Notes: a model not told the origin generated them from the sequence alone. 64,000 nucleotides of DNA from Eledone cirrhosa (GCA_964016885.1 OZ024743.1:194246001-194310000), one strand, 5' to 3'. Positions 25,740-42,031 are shown, numbered from the stretch's first letter. A program made the numbers and translations.

Positions 25740-28700
25740 GTTTCTTTATTGGCCACAAGGGCTGACACGAAGGAAAACATTAGAGATGGTACAGAACAGT
25801 ACAGGACGATACAAAGTGAGTTTTGGTCGTGTAAACAGGTTATAACAAAATCGGGCTAGAAATCCCCAAAAATCCAAACAACAAAAATTCCCCCAAAAGG
25901 GGAAAACTTCCGAGAGTCACTCGTGGTGAAAACCACACAAAAAGGCTACGGCCACCCTGACCACCAGGGCAAGCATCCTCTTTCAGTTTTCCCACTCCTC
26001 AGTCTACAGGCGCATACTCAAAGCGGGCCCGTTCACTCGGACCAGACTCGCCAATTTCACCCACTTTTCAACAAACTTACTAGAAGACAGCACTTGCCCC
26101 TCTACCCTGATTTTCCTCTTCAAGTGAAACTTGAAAAATCAGGGATTAATCAGGGATTGACCGAAGAGGAAAGTGTCCGTCTTCAACCCTTTCAACCTTG
26201 TCCACCACACAATCTCTTTCGCCGTGGCCTCCAGGCAGATGAAAACTGCCTGCCTTTCCTCCTCTTTAAAGGACTCAGTTGATAAACGGATCCGTTCTAC
26301 ACTCGACAGCAGCTGTTCGACATAGCTCCACAAGTCAGCAATCCTTGGGCACTGAACGAGTGCGTGCAGCACGGTTTCGTCGCCCTGCCCGCATCTTGGA
26401 CAGGCTCGGCTGACAGCACCTCCGGGCACGTAGAGCTTATCCCAAACCGGCAACGCTCCTCGGTAGCACTGCCGGGCCAGGGATTTCTGGAAGTTGTCCA
26501 TAGGCCCCGGTCTGAAAGTTCTGTTGAAGAGAGCCAACAGCTGATCGTTCTCGGCGCCCAGGGTCTCCCCGAGAACGTCGTCGCTCTTTCCCTCCACTAG
26601 CCCTCTATAGAACGCCGAGGTGGATGTTCCGCCGATACTAGTGCCCAGCTGGTAGAGGAAGGTGAGTGCTTGGAGACATTCCAGCTTTCAATCGCTATCC
26701 CTCAGTCTTTTCCTGATCCAGGACAGCAGCTCCGTCAAGGAGACGAGGTGGGGAAAAGCGCGTCTGGCAAACGGCGACCCCACCTGTTCACCGTCAAGGA
26801 AGCACCAGAGATGTCGCAGCCTCAGCGCATGTTTGCGCATCATCAGCCAAGGCATGCCTAGTCCTCCGCGCAACGGGTGTTGACAGCAAATGGATCGTAT
26901 GACCATGGGAGCACGTCCCTTCCACAAAAAGCGGAAAAGAAGGCGCTCCATTTTGGTCAGAGTTGGGCGGGGGAAGGTACGACGGTCAGGCGGTAGCAGA
27001 TGACGGACGCTATGTACGCATTCACCACCCCCGTCCGACTTTTCAGAGACAGCCTCCTCTCGTCCCATTTCTGGGTGAGAGAGGCCACCCTGCTCGTCAT
27101 CTCGCTCCAGTTTTTCTCCATCTGGAGGTCCGGACCGAACCAGAACCCGAGCAATTTAACCGGTCCTTCCATCCAGCGCCCCATGACGCTGTTGGACGGC
27201 ATCGTCTTGCTTCTCCAGGTGCCGAGTTGCAAGCCAACCGACTTTTCATGGTTTATCTTTGCTCCTGTCACCGCTTCGTATTCCTTGAGAGCGGTGCCGA
27301 GCATCTGGACGTGTTTGGTGCTCGACACCACCTCGGTGACGTGGTCGGCGTAAGCTGACACGGATCTCCCGCATCCCAGTTCGCGTGGGAACCCCCTCAT
27401 CGTCTCCAATTTGTGCAGTAACAGCTCTATGGCCAGTACGTACAAGAGGGGGGAGAGGGCAACCATGTCTGACCGAGCGCCTGATGCTGAAAGGCTGCGA
27501 CAGGTGACCCTTTACCCTCACAATCGAGCAGATGTTGCTGTGCATCGCAGCGATCCAACCACTAAAAACGGGCCCGAAGCCGGCCGCCTCGAGGACCGCA
27601 GCCAGGTACTAATGGTCGACCCTATCAACTGCTTTAGATTGATCCAAGTTGATCAGGGCCCCACTCGTGCCAGGTTCCTTAACCACCCTCTCTATGATGT
27701 ATCGCATGAGATGGAGGTTGTCGTGGATGGATCTGGCTGGGATGGCGCATGTCTGCGCCTCTCCCACCAGATCACCGACGACAAGCGCCAATCTCTTTGC
27801 TAACACCTTGGCCAAAATCATAAACTCTGCGTTTAGCAGAGTTATGGGCCTGAAGTTGTCTATAATCCCTCTTTTTCGGGTCTTTCCTCAGCAGCGCCAC
27901 CTCTCCAGGGCTCACAAAACTGGGATTGCTCCCGTTCTGCTGCCAGTTGCAATAGACATCTGCTAAGAGGTCGCCGAACAAGTCTGGCATATACGCATAA
28001 AGCTAGTAGGGCAGACCATCCAAACCTGGCGATTTACACCTCGTGCAGTCAGACATCGTTCCCCGTACTTCACCTGCTGTTATCGGCTTTTCGCAGCACT
28101 GCGCTGAAGTGATCGATAGCCGCGGTAGTCCGTCTAGGTATGCACTCACTGAAGTCCATACTCCGATCCGGCCTGCCGCCGCTCCCGTCAATTGAGCAAA
28201 GTGCTGTTGAAAACCCGCACACATCTGCTCGGGTTCGAGCAACATGCACCCGTTTTGATCAGGCAAAGACCGAATTGTGAACTTGTTGCCACGTCGCTCC
28301 TCCACCACCCGGGCCCATTGAACGGCTTTCGTCCCCTCGTGTCTTAGAGCACGCGCTCTCGCTCTGACAACGCAGCTTCCATGCTTTGCGTTGAAGAATT
28401 GGTCGAGTGCCAATCTCGCCGCAAGCACGTCGGTTGCGATGCCTGTCCTAAACGCCTGTTCTAGCTTTCTAACTACCTCTCCCTCTACTCTATTTTCCTC
28501 TATTACTACTCCTTTGCTAAACCTTAGCGATTCTACTCTAATAGCCCTTTTCAGGATAAACCACCACATGTTGTTGACGATAGCACCCGTCAACGTACCC
28601 TTAACTAATTCGCAAATCCGGTCTGTGTAAGCTTTGCGCACCGGGAACGACGCGTCCAGCTTCCAGTAGCTGGGCCCTTGCTTATGGAGTCTATCTAAGT

Positions 28701-30958
28701 CAACTTCACAGATCACAAATTTGTGGTCCGTGTAGTTGACTACTTTAAATTGTGGACAACCTACATTAGCCTTATCTGTTTCCCTACAGAATACCCTATC
28801 TAAATACGATCAGGATGACCCGATGCGGTTTGCCCATGTCCACATTAGCACATTCGGATAATCCACTCTATACCTGTCAGACAGTTCAAAACGTCTGAGC
28901 AGGTTGTTGAGGCTTTTACACCATCCTGCCCTGTCTACTAGCCCCACATAATCCCAGCGTGCATCTAAGATACCCTTCCAGTCGCCCACTAACACTAAAG
29001 AGCGAGACGTTCCAAGAAAGGTCTCTAGACGTCTGAAAAAATCTGGCCGTCCTGCCCCTGTTGGGGCGTAGACGGCTACTAGCCTGAAAGCATTGCCTTC
29101 GCTGCCGGTCACACCCAGCACCACTGACTTACCTTCTGGTTCCAGGAAGATGGCCCGTATGGCGAGATCCAAGCCTCTCCGAAAAAGCACTGCACCCCTT
29201 CCCCCGATCCTGGAGGGTTGGGAGATGCGTATACATCGTAGCCGCCGAAGATCAGTGCAAAGGCTCGTGCTTCGGAGATTCTGGTCTCGCTGATGGCCAA
29301 AACATCTATGTTTAGTGACCTGAGGTCGTTGAGCAGGTGACCCTGCTTCCAAGATGACTCCAGGCCATGTACATTTATACTGTCTATTCTAAGTACGGCC
29401 ATGTTGGGTGAGAAACGGGGCAAGTGAGAAAGGATCACTTACCTTGATCGTGTGGTGAAGGGACAGTAGAACCGTCCCTTTGGCTGGTCATGGGTGTTTC
29501 CAAGAGGATGTCAGTGTATATCCTCTTGGTAACTGACCTTCTGAAGTCTCCAACTGCGTTGGGGAATTTTTGATTTAAAAGTTTGTACTATTCTATTTTT
29601 ATTTCAATGATGCTTATATTTGACGGGAGAGTTCTTGGTGTTGGTGGGGTGTAGTAGTTTTTTTCTGTGATGTCTGTGTGCTGCTTTATGTTGTATGAGT
29701 TCTTTATTTGCCATGTTTATGGCTGTGTACTTTTTAGGGTGAGGGATGATTTTGTTGCTGTTTTCTTGTTGCTGTTGATGTTGGGTGTGTGTGTTTTGGT
29801 GTATTTGCGATGTTGGTGTTTTTGGTGATGCTGGTGGTGGTGTGATTGCTGTTGCTGGTGATGCTTGTGGTGGTGAAGGTGGTGGTTTTGCTGCAAGTCT
29901 CCTTGCATCCTTTACCCCTCTTTGTCTGCCTTCCCTTTTGGAGGGTGAAGCTAAGGGTTTTTTTCTCTTTTGTTTTTTTTGTGGCAGACCGTTTGCCACT
30001 TCCCTCCCGCCTCATACTCCATGTCAGATTCCGTGGCATCTGGGAGGGTATGAGCTCCACTGCCGTTGGTGGTGGTAGTGGAGCTCGCTCCGGCGGTGTG
30101 GCTACTGTGACTGTTGCGCCACTGCTGCCGCTGCTTTAGTTGTCCGTGGAATTGGTATAGGTGCCACGGACGTTGTCCCCCTACTCACCATGGAAGGGTC
30201 TTCTGCCTCTGTTGCCTGCCCTACTCTTGGTAGTAGCGGATCAGGCGTCGGAAGGAGAGACGGGGGCCCTATTCTTGGCTGTCTTCTGCGGGCAGAAGGC
30301 GTTGAGGTGACCCTTCTGCCCACAGAGATAGCACTTTGGGCGCCTTCTTTCCACGCTTATAGGGAGTTCGAGCCCTTCTTCGAGGTCTATGATGTCTGGG
30401 ATGGCCTCGATGTACACCTGGTCAGTCCGTATTAGCATTTGCATGCCTATTCCTAACCCTCTCTCTCTTCCCATTCTCTGTATTTTCAGTATGGTGGTCT
30501 TCTCCTCGATTCCAGCCAGCTGTTGGTGTCGTCATAGTTTATTTTCTTGTTAGTGGTGTTAATATCGTTGTTGCATTTGTTGTCATTTTTTTCTGTTGTG
30601 TTTGGTGTGGTAATTTTTTCAAAATTAGTTTACTCAGTGTTGTCTTTGTTCACGTTGTTTGTGGTGGTGTCTGTTGTATGAATTTCACTAACCCTCCTCT
30701 CAACTTTTACGCCGTTGTCACACGACAGCGGACATATTGCTTGGTCGGCGTGGGTCAGCCAATTTTTTTTTTTTCAAATAATTTTTAAAAGTAAAATGTT
30801 CAAATATTTGGGCCAAAAGGTCCAAATATTATACTTTCCCCTTCACAGGGCAAAGTCTAAATCTCTTACACAGCTAGAAATATTTAACAACAAATAATTT
30901 TAACAGGCAAATAAAGCGACTTACTGGGAGCGAACAAAAAGCGTCCGAACAGACCGAT
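25739..30958 (-). mobile_element. L1/Tx1-type non-LTR retrotransposon, near full length, multiply frameshifted
   Basis: ORF1 zinc knuckle KCYLCGQKGHLNAFCP; APE SINVHGL / LAISET / VAVYAP / VLVGDW / SYWKL; RT KSPGLDGLPY, LINLDQSKAVDRVDH, LSPLLYVLAIE, AYADH; C-terminal CPRCGQGDETVLHALVQC; 3' AATAAA then (ATT)n. Confidence 0.92.
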
Positions 30959-31079
30959 AAAAATAATAATAATAAAAGGACGATTTGTTATGTCTTCATA
31001 TCGTTTATTGAGTAGTGACGCGCATTTCGCTATTGATCAGCTCAAGGTTCGATATATATATTTTCTCTTCTTCTTCGCC

Positions 31080-32590
31080 CACTCATTCTTGGGATATTCG
31101 TCAGGGTAGCGTCTTCAAATTTGCCTTCCAGCGGGTCCTGTCAAAAGCAACCAGCTTCAGTTGATCTGCTTAGAAACCCAACCCAAACCAGCTAAGCTCA
31201 TTGATGTTATCCAACCGTCTTGCTCGAAGTCTACTACTGGTTCTTCTACCGGTTGTTTTTGCCCCTAAAATCTATCGAGTTATATAATCATGTCCGTTAT
31301 ATCATAGCTGGGATCTCTCAATTCGGAGAAGAAGCGGCTTTATCTAGAGTGACTCTCTAATCACCAAGCTGCACTTTTATCGAGTACCGTTACTCCAAAG
31401 ACCATTTTGAGGAACATAATTTCGGCTACTTGTATATCCGATCGTATTCTTTCTGTCATTACCCAAGATTCATGATCATACGAAACGGTGGGCTCAAAAT
31501 ATCGAATTGTATATAGCCTGTTTGCCATTTTACACCAACCTTCTTTCTTCTGATTACCAAATGCTGAAGCTGCGCATTACTGTACCAGTTCTTACAATTT
31601 TTGCAGTTAATTGAGTCTCCTCCCTTCCTTTACTCGTGGAGACGGCTTCGAGATACATGAACTTCTCTACCTCTTTCAGTGGAACTCCATTCAAATGTAG
31701 ACTGTACAGCGCAGACTTCTTTGAGTGGACGAGTGTCTCAGTCTTCGCAGCACTGAATTTTATTACAGCCATGCAGCACCCAGCAGTTAATATATCAAGT
31801 GCATATCGAGATCACCTTCTGAAGAGTTAAGTAGTACCATGTCTTCCACAAATTCCTGCTGAATGATTCTACACTCACCACTCTAGATTATACTTCCAAT
31901 CCGTTTGCGCATGTCAATTGTGTGCATAACGATTACGAACAGACGAGGTGAGAGTATTCACCCATGGTGGATTCCGACATACACATTAAATGGTTTCGAA
32001 CACAAATCCTAGAGCATTCATATTGAGACATCAGGATAACAAGAAACTTTTCATCGATCCCATACTCCTGCAAAACGTGATCATATGCCTTCTCGAAGCC
32101 TACGAAACAGGAAGACACCTTATGGCACTACTCTCACGATTTCTCCAAGAGGTATCAATATTTGGTCGGTTGTGCTTCATCTTGGTCGAAAACTACACTG
32201 TTTGTCTGACATTTAGCATAGATTTTATCGGGAATGCTTATCAAGGAGATTCATTTATAATTGAAGCAATCTTTCTTGTCTTCCTTTGTTTTCGGCACAA
32301 ACTAGTCAGCCAGAAAATAACATTTCTTGGACTGCATATCGTCGTTTCCACATTTGAGGTCTTTAATTGTTCTTGCGATCTCAACCTCCGTGAGTTTCTT
32401 CATTGCTCACTGATGTACATCGTGTACATCAGAAGATGTGATCGGGTTTAGGGGATTAGCAAAGTATTCCCTCCACCTCGCGAAGTTGCACGTCTCTGGA
32501 GAGAGTAGAAACTCAGATGCCATTAGGTTGTCTTTTTATAGTGATCGCATCGCTGCCTTCGAATATATTTTTGTTTATATTTTGCTGAAA
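31080..32590 (-). mobile_element. Degraded RTE-clade LINE 3' part
   Basis: CFVGFEKAYDHV, AAKTETLV, LNGVPLKEVEKFMYL; (GAA)n-like tail near 31067. Confidence 0.75.
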
Positions 32591-32750
32591 CGCAGTAGGG
32601 TTTACTTAACTAAATCTTTTTAAGTTCATTACATCTGATGACGTCGCCAGTTGTCTTACGCTATGGTCTGATGACGTAAGAAAGCCGCAGAAATACGTGT
32701 TATACGTATACAACATTAAAGAAACATATCGGAATCCGGCCCTCTTATAC
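32590..32750 (+). repeat. Dispersed repeat with CTGATGA..GAAA and a stem III, homologous to 41125-41280
   Basis: ctgatgacgtaag..gaaatacgt gttat acgta ta; no convincing stem I. Confidence 0.5.
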
Positions 32751-33051
32751 AGGGTGGTAGCTGGAAAAGCGGAAGATTTGCCATGAAGTGCACGGACGAC
32801 ATTTCGAGTATTTGTGAGTGTAATGCTTTGTAACATCAGTTTTTGTAAAAATAAATCGCAGTTTGACAAATTTTCCGCTTTTCTAGCGACCACCTTGTAT
32901 TTTCATTGAAATATATATTTACATATATACATGCAACTCTCTCTATTTCTCTCTCTCTCGCTCTCTCTCTGTCTCTCTCTCTATATATATTAATATATAT
33001 ATGTGTGTGTGTGAGTGTGTATACACATACATACACACAAACTAGAAGATC

Positions 33052-33503
<452 letters not shown>

Positions 33504-36500
33504 ACCGATAAAATAAATAAGTTCTATTAAATTACATACACATTTCTCAGACATGTAAATACCGATAAATCATTGAACATAATTCTTCTTCCAGCTATTA
33601 ATCTCACTAACTCTTTCACACGAACTAAAGAACAATCACAGACCCATACACACACACACTCAAGTACAGACATGTAATATTTTCATATATACATACACAC
33701 TAACATGCTTAATGGCACACGTACATACATGTATACATACATACATAAGTACATACATACATATACATACATATATACATATATACATATATACACGTAA
33801 ACACCCATACGCACATGGATAAAATAATTTTGGACAAAGAATATAATCAGAAGTTTTCAACTTATACAGTGAAATATATGAAGTTAAAAAAATTCTCCTG
33901 CACTTAGAAAATAAATTATTGTCCGAGAAAATATTATAATACTTTAAAACTTCTAATCTCCTCACAGTAAACAAAAAAACAAAACAACTACATGCAATAA
34001 AGTATAAGGATATATAGATATTATTTTATATGTTCGCAATAAAAACACGGTACCTTCAGTTTCGCTTTCGTCTTCCTTTCATTTAACCTCATCTTGATCT
34101 CAGAGAATCATTTTATGTCCTTTCCACTTGGTGGCGCCTGCACTGAAGATGTGCAATATTTAGCCTGTCCAAAGGTTTTATTCCAATAATATAATTAATA
34201 TCTTCAATTCATAGATCACTCATAACTACTTTAATATAAACTCTCCTATATTTCATTACATTCACGTACAACGTTTGTTGGTTTGTATTTTTTCTACTAT
34301 TCGTTAGTTCATATTTTTGTTATCGCCGTCTACTGCATCTCAAACTTCTAACGTTCCCAATTGAAGATAGAACTTACAGTATATTGTAATACTTAATACC
34401 AATATTGAATATGATAGGATTCTGAAATGATGGAAACTTTTTCTGGTCGTCTTTTATTAAAATTGTGTTTTATTCCATGCCTGCTTACAATAACTAATAT
34501 TACAAATTTTTGTTATGTTCGGTTTTAAATTAAAATAATAAATATGTGTCTACGTGCGGGTGTGTTCGTCTATGTTTATATGAGTTTTATGGGAGTGTTT
34601 TTATGTAGAGTGTATATGTGCATATGTGTATATATATATATATATACATATTCCTTTAAACACTCAAAAACACACGCATGTATATGTATATGCATATATA
34701 TATATATATATGTGTGTGTGCGTGTGTGTGTATGTGTGTGTGTGTCTATACATAAATACATAGACATAGACCCCCCCCCCTCACACACATATATATATAT
34801 ATATATACATTGTTTGCTGGGTGCGTATATTAATAAATATATGCTATCTATCTATGTATCTAGCTATCTATATATATATATATATATATATCACTCCTTC
34901 TTCTGCCTCACTCTCTCTTTCCATACACATATGTATATATACATTAATAAATCTTCAGTTATATTTCTACATATATCTATGTGCATATTGTCCATTAGTA
35001 TATTTGCGTATTCCTGTGGAACAATTATACAATATTCCTGTAGAACAATTTATTGGCATCAGTAACCTTACAGTGATGCAGCATTAACCATGATCTTTTT
35101 CTTTTAAATAAAACATTGTTCACGTGATATTAATGAAAATACGGCCGTTTTTTTATTATTAAATAACACGGTTGCATAAACAATGTACTCAACATTGATT
35201 TCAATAAAACTCTTTAACTATCTAAGAAATCCATCGACATGTTAGTATGGCATGTGAATTTAACAAATATAATTTCCTACTCTCTCTGCATCTACAAACG
35301 TAGCAAACAAGCAGAAATAGACACACAAATTCGACAAAGATAAGTCTGATATATGTAAGAATTGATTCCATTACGATAGATGCAACTTTAGCTTGAACTT
35401 CTGTTTCGTGTTATTTTACAAAGTATTGTGTGAGTGAATGTATGTGTATGTGTGTAAGCCGGGGGTAAAGAGTGGAAGCTATGAAGTTTATTGATACATA
35501 TCTTATCAAGCTTCTATGCTGAGAAATGTCAAAGAAAGGTAGATCAATGGCGATATCTGATATATAGCTTTTATTGGTAGTGTGCTATAGAAGCTTATTC
35601 AATATTATATGTACCACTAACGCTTGAAGTAAGCACCTCCACATTACATATAGCCAGCACGATGAGGGGCAAGCATTGTTAAATAAAGTTTAACTAGACC
35701 AAACAAATATAAGGACTACAAATGAAAATGTAAAACATTGAAGCAAAAGACGGAAATGATTTGATTCACCGAAGTGTCAATTAATTAAAATTTGAAACAT
35801 GTAATTCGTTTATGTAAAACTGTTAACTGCGATGTAATCTTCGTTTCTTGAAAACGTCTTTCCGAAGTTGCAGTCATATGATGCTTTATTGTATTTTGAT
35901 GCTCCATCTTATTTCCTTAGTTGTAGTTAGTCAATTAGTTATCAATAATTTTTCGCTTTAATATAATGAAGCATCTAATTATATATGTTGTATGCATGAA
36001 TTAATTGGGACTTTGATTGTTCAGAATTCTTCCAATATTTGAAGTGCAGACATATTTGTAGCAGAACAAACGACCACAGCTTGTTATATGAACAGATTTT
36101 AAATAAGAGCTATGCAAATAATTAACTAATTGTTGCCTTAGAATTATGGTATGGATGCTCTGTCCGTACTATTTTACTTTTGATCGCTGAATCTTCAAAG
36201 AAGTCATTTTGAAATGTCTACAACCAAAATAGCCGTTAAGAAGTTTGATTTCCCCAAGCATCTAATTAAGTCACTAATGAGTAGAACTTTATATTTAATT
36301 AATTTATTCCCAGTTGGTTTAAAGAAAATTAATTTAGTAATTTGTTTGCAAAATAAATTTCGATTTTTGTTCTTTTGAAAACAACATATTATTAGAGTAA
36401 TAAAATAGGCAGTGTTGATTATTGACAATTAGTGGTTCCCATTTATCAACACCGAATACATTGTGGCCAGAAGACATTAATGATTTCCATAATGTTTGGA

Positions 36501-38738
36501 CAGTGAGCTAAATTTTTGTTATTTCGCCAGGTTCTTTAACAACAATAGAACTCCAACGTCAGCATTCGGAACTGTAAGTTAGTTTGCAAAACATGTTCAG
36601 TTATACTTCTCAATCTTTATAACAAACCTTGTCGTAACACAAATAGCTAAAAGCATTAGCCAGTAGTCATTATTAATTGGTAAGATATTTTAATATCTGA
36701 CAAAATTAGGAGAATTTCAAACAGTTAATGAAAATTATCCTGGAGATAATTGATGTATATACACACTTAATTACAAACGTCAATTTTCATTAATTTTCAC
36801 TAATTTGTTTTTCGTCTATTAGAGTTCAGCTTACCATTCTGTCTTCTTGAGTACGAACTGAAAAAAAATGTTATTGTGTCACCGCTTCATTCTAATCAGA
36901 AAATTATGCACTTTGTCTCACAATATCGTATTTGTCTAGCGTCTACGTAAAATCAATATTTTAACATTCTGTATTCATTTAAAATAAAATTTTAAAATAT
37001 ATTCTTTTCAATCTATAATGAATTTAAGGGTTCATTACTTACATTTGCATGGTATTCTCTATAAACCACTACACACACATGCACACATACACATAAAAAC
37101 TCATACATAAAGAAATTACACATAAATATACACACGCACTTGTATATACGCATATATGCGATTTCCAAACTGGATGATAGTAGTAGTTTGACAGAACACA
37201 GCGGGGATACTGCGTACCTTAGTTTGCATTTAAATACACAAATAACATGGGGGATTATCAAATAATGCCTTAAAAAATTCCAGTGATATCAGTCGTCATA
37301 AGCATGTTTATTTTCAAATCCCTGTACTGTCGTCTGCCATTTATATGTTTGTTTTGCTTCGATCCTTGTAATTAGGTTTAGTCGTAATAGTGAGAGATGA
37401 CGGATTTTCCTGTGTGGTTTATTTTTGTTCAGTATTTTTCCTACTCTACGTTCTGAATTCAAATATCCCCAATGTCAAATTTGCTTTAAATCTCTTCGAG
37501 TTCAATGAAATAAGGTACCAGTAAAATATTGGGATCAGTTTAATCGAAACCCCCATCCCCTCCTCTATTTACAGACCTAGTTTTCTAAATTATAAATCCT
37601 TAATAGATGAGATATATCTCACCAATCTATTACAGGTAGCTTTTGCGGACGAAATACTGGGACGTCGTAAATAAACCCTGCAAAATACTCGTCAATTTTA
37701 CAATTGCGCTACTAACTATGAACTAAAATTATGAACTACAACCTTCCACCCTGGCTACTTAACAGTACAATCATGTTGCAAAAAAATTAACACGCTGTGC
37801 GAATGAGAGAATACTATCCCTCAACTTCCCCGAGCGTTCAGTTGACATCACAATCTGTGCTCCCAAATCTTAGAATACATTAAGATTTTTTCAATTTACA
37901 TAAAAAGGAAAGAATGGCAGGTTACATTAATTTTTTCCTTATTATGGAAATCTAGATAGAAAGAGGTTCATTCGAAAATTCTTTGTCTGTAGCATTATGT
38001 CGACTATATTTTAGAGTTCTTTCCCTCTACTCCATCAAGATATAGTTTAGTTTTTTAATCTGAAACTGAACCATATCCATTTAGACCTGCCCATATCCTT
38101 ATCATCTCTCGAAACGTATGCCTATGCTAATACGCACATACACATATGTGTATAAGAATGTGTATATAAAAACACAAAACAGTTTGAATCTATGTGCAGT
38201 CTCGCGTAAGATAATTTCTGACTTATGGTTCTGACTCTTCTAAGGATTAAAACAACGATGGAGATTAAAATTCTATGGAAAGTAGGAAAAAATAAACAAA
38301 CCCATGAGAATGAAATTTAACTTCCACTGAACCGTCTATTGTATAAAAAATGGAATGAAACGGAAATCTAAAAGTACCGTAAATAAATATTGAGACATTG
38401 TTGAGGAAAATGTCAAATTGTGTTTTATGAGAATTTTTAGGTGAAAAGACTGATTCGTAAAAGTTGGTAAGAGGATGAAAAACAAGGGAAACAACAATAA
38501 CATCAACAACATATTTCTGTTATTTATTTGACTGGTGAATAAATCAAAGGAAACTAAAATAGAAGGGAAAAGGGCGGAAGGAAGAAAAGGATATATCCAG
38601 GAAAAGATGAATTTAGAATTATATAAAGATACATATTGTTTGATATGCATCTATGATTATGAAATCTATTTTAAAAGTCACCCATGCTTATGTGTATTTA
38701 TACACACACACATACATACATATACACACACACACACA

Positions 38739-38834
<96 letters not shown>

Positions 38835-40139
38835 AAATATTGTATATATATATGTATATATTTATATACGAAATTTGTATTGAAAAGACACAGTTGAGAA
38901 AGTAATATAACCGCAAAATCAATACATGAACTTTTGTAATTTACATGTTATAATTATATTCCCTTGTCTCTGAAAATGTCTCACCCTTACACACTTTGCG
39001 CTGATGAAGATCCGTATATCAGAAATAATTCTTTGCGGCAAACTAATCTGCATTAATATACTTCATAACCTCAGTGAATTATATACATATTCTTAGTACA
39101 CACTCTCAATAATGCATGCACGTACTGGGTATGCAATTTCTTGTAGAATTGTTTGTACTTGAAATAACCTTTTTGTATTTTTTTATATTTTATGAACATA
39201 TACATCTTACCTTATTAAAATCGAACGAATTGTTTTTCTTTCTTTAAATGCCTGGAGAGATTCATCTATTTGAATATTTCAAGATAACCACTATTGATTT
39301 CTCTACCATTCCTGTTTGCTCGGTTTTCTCGTACCATTTCAAAAATGGAATTATGAAATTTTTTATCTGAATTAATAATTGAAATTGGCATTTAAGAAAA
39401 AATATTTTTCTGATTCAAAGAAATTTACTTATGAGAAAGACACTGTATATTCAGAGAGATATCAAAGTTTGTATTGTTTTCTTTTTTCACATGTTCAGCA
39501 CTCAGTATGTGTAAATAATAGTTTCCATCTCACATATAGGAAACAAAACAAGCACACATGGATTGTATTCTCCAAAGACATAGTAGTAACCATTTCCCCC
39601 GAAGTAATTAATTATGAAATACTACAAATATGGTAAAGAAAAGAATAAAATGTTTTGATATAATCAAATACTGAAGTATTCCAGTCTTGCAATATTTATT
39701 GAAGTTGTGTGTGATTCATTAAAGCACTTTTAGAAATATTACAAATAATTAACTATTGTGAAATTTCCAGTTGAAAGCTTTTAATAATTTCAACTATAGA
39801 TAACAGAGATTAAGATATAGTATTTCTACACATTATTGTTAAATGTAATACCATCAACAGTAGTAGCCTCGCAGACAGTAGAAGCAGTACAAGTATTAGC
39901 ATCAGCCACTATAAAATCTATGGAAAATACAATTTAGCGGTATTAATTCTATAGAAGATATATATTTAGCCCAGGTTTTAAGAGATAAAACTGTATGGAA
40001 ACCTCTGTAATTCGATTGACAAACATATGATAACTCTTTAAATATCATAAATTTGGAACAAAGCTAAATATATATGGTTATATAGAAGAAACAAACCGCA
40101 TGCTTTTTAGTGAGCAACTTAATTTAAGTATAATATAAT

Positions 40140-40430
40140 GGTTTGGAATTTAGACTCATGGCCAACGATTTTGGGGGAAGGGAAAGTCGATTAAATTGGC
40201 CCTAGTACGTTACTGGTGCTTTATTTTTATCGACCCCGTAAGGATGAGAGGCAAAGCTAACTTCGGCAAGATTTGATGTCAGAACATAAAGGGACGTAGC
40301 TGTATGCTGCGAAGCATGGTGTCCGACACCCTACCGATACTGGCAATCCACTGAATATAATTGTTTCTACTTTTGGCACAAGGCCAGCAATTATTCCAGT
40401 GCATTACTGGTACTTTATTTTATAGACCCA
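40140..40430 (-). mobile_element. SINE copy plus partial copy
   Basis: Same family as 3225-4430. Confidence 0.8.
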
Positions 40431-40607
40431 CTGAATATAATAAAATTTCCTCAGTATAAAGAAACGAATGGAAGAAAAAACATGATATGTGCGCCAAAAC
40501 GTACTGTACGTATGGAGGCGTATCTCTTGTCGGATTCGTAGGGGCACAGTGGTTACATATGGCGTTTCATGGGTATTTCAAGGCTGAGGAAGCCCATCCC
40601 TTTCCAG

Positions 40608-40639
<32 letters not shown>

Positions 40640-41784
40640 GATCCATATATATTTGGGATGGTCGTGGTGACAGAATCTTCGGACATTCTCTCAAGAGGCT
40701 CCTATTACAGGCTGAATACTCCAAATTGATCCACCTCGATTCCCAAGCGAGACCATCCGAATTCATGGATGAATATCCAAACATCTTGCGCGTTGTCTAG
40801 TTGTGGGATTCCTGCCAGTTGGCTTTCCCTTGTAAAGTCTGTATTTATTAATCTATAGCCTCATTTAAACGTATTCATTTCCCTTCCACATCCCCGTCGT
40901 ACAAACCAAACTTTGTAAACGTATTTTATCGGAACCCTTATGCATCCAAAATGTAGAATCTCAAGTTTTTACATCAATATTAGCGATAAATATAATTACA
41001 ATTCTCGAAAGTTACCAAATATCACTGTTAATACCCCCACCAACCAGGAGGGTGGCGGTCTCAGTGATAGTAGCGACAGACAAACCGCTTCCTTATCAAT
41101 TCAATGTGTAATTTTGACGTATTCCAGCAGGTGATTACTAAAGCTTTTAAAACTTTTATGTTAATTACATCAGACGCCGTCATGATCTGATGACATAAGT
41201 CGTCGGTCATAGAAATGCGTATTGTGTATTTATACAATATTAAAGGAATATATTGGAACCCAGCCTTCTTTTTTCATTGAAGAATATATATACATATATA
41301 TATATATATATGCATATGCACACACATACACACACACACAGACACTCATATATGTATATACATACGTTTATATACATAAATATATATATATATGGTGTCA
41401 CGTTTATATACATACATACATATATATGGTGTGACAGTGGTCAAATTGATGATGGCTAATAATTCGACACCTGTCTACAAAGATGCCCAAAAGTCAGAAA
41501 AAACAAAATGTGTCTGTCTTTCACTGTCGTCAGATAAAGTAAATATTATATTCAGTGGCAAGCAATAATTATCCTAAATAACTTGAGGGGACTGCAGGAA
41601 AATATTGCTAGTGAAACAAATGCTCTACCTCATTAATTTTGATATAGAGAAAATTACGATATATTTTGCTGTAAGTCTTACAAATCGAGTACCCTATATA
41701 CACATAGCCACGCACACACACATGCACACACATACATCCACTAGTACAAGTTACACGCACACATAGGCACATACACACTGGCCA

Positions 41785-41826
<42 letters not shown>

Positions 41827-41984
41827 TTCATACACATGGCCACACATACACATCTGCACACACATGGCTACTCATACACACCTATACACACAGACGCATA
41901 CACATGCAAACGCATTCATGGATACCCTTTGAAACTTACATATAGAAACAGACACGCGCATTATCATCTCTCTCACTCTCTCTA

Positions 41985-42031
<47 letters not shown>

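Noticed and set aside
35500-36700. Possible ancient LINE RT relic (minus-strand YSVLING)
   Set aside because: Too degraded to support by eye; the same applies to 7100-7900, 15750-16760 and 18200-18580.
38995-39045. CTGATGA agat..atc a GAAA hammerhead-like motif
   Set aside because: No stem I pairing and a poor stem III; chance match or heavy relic.
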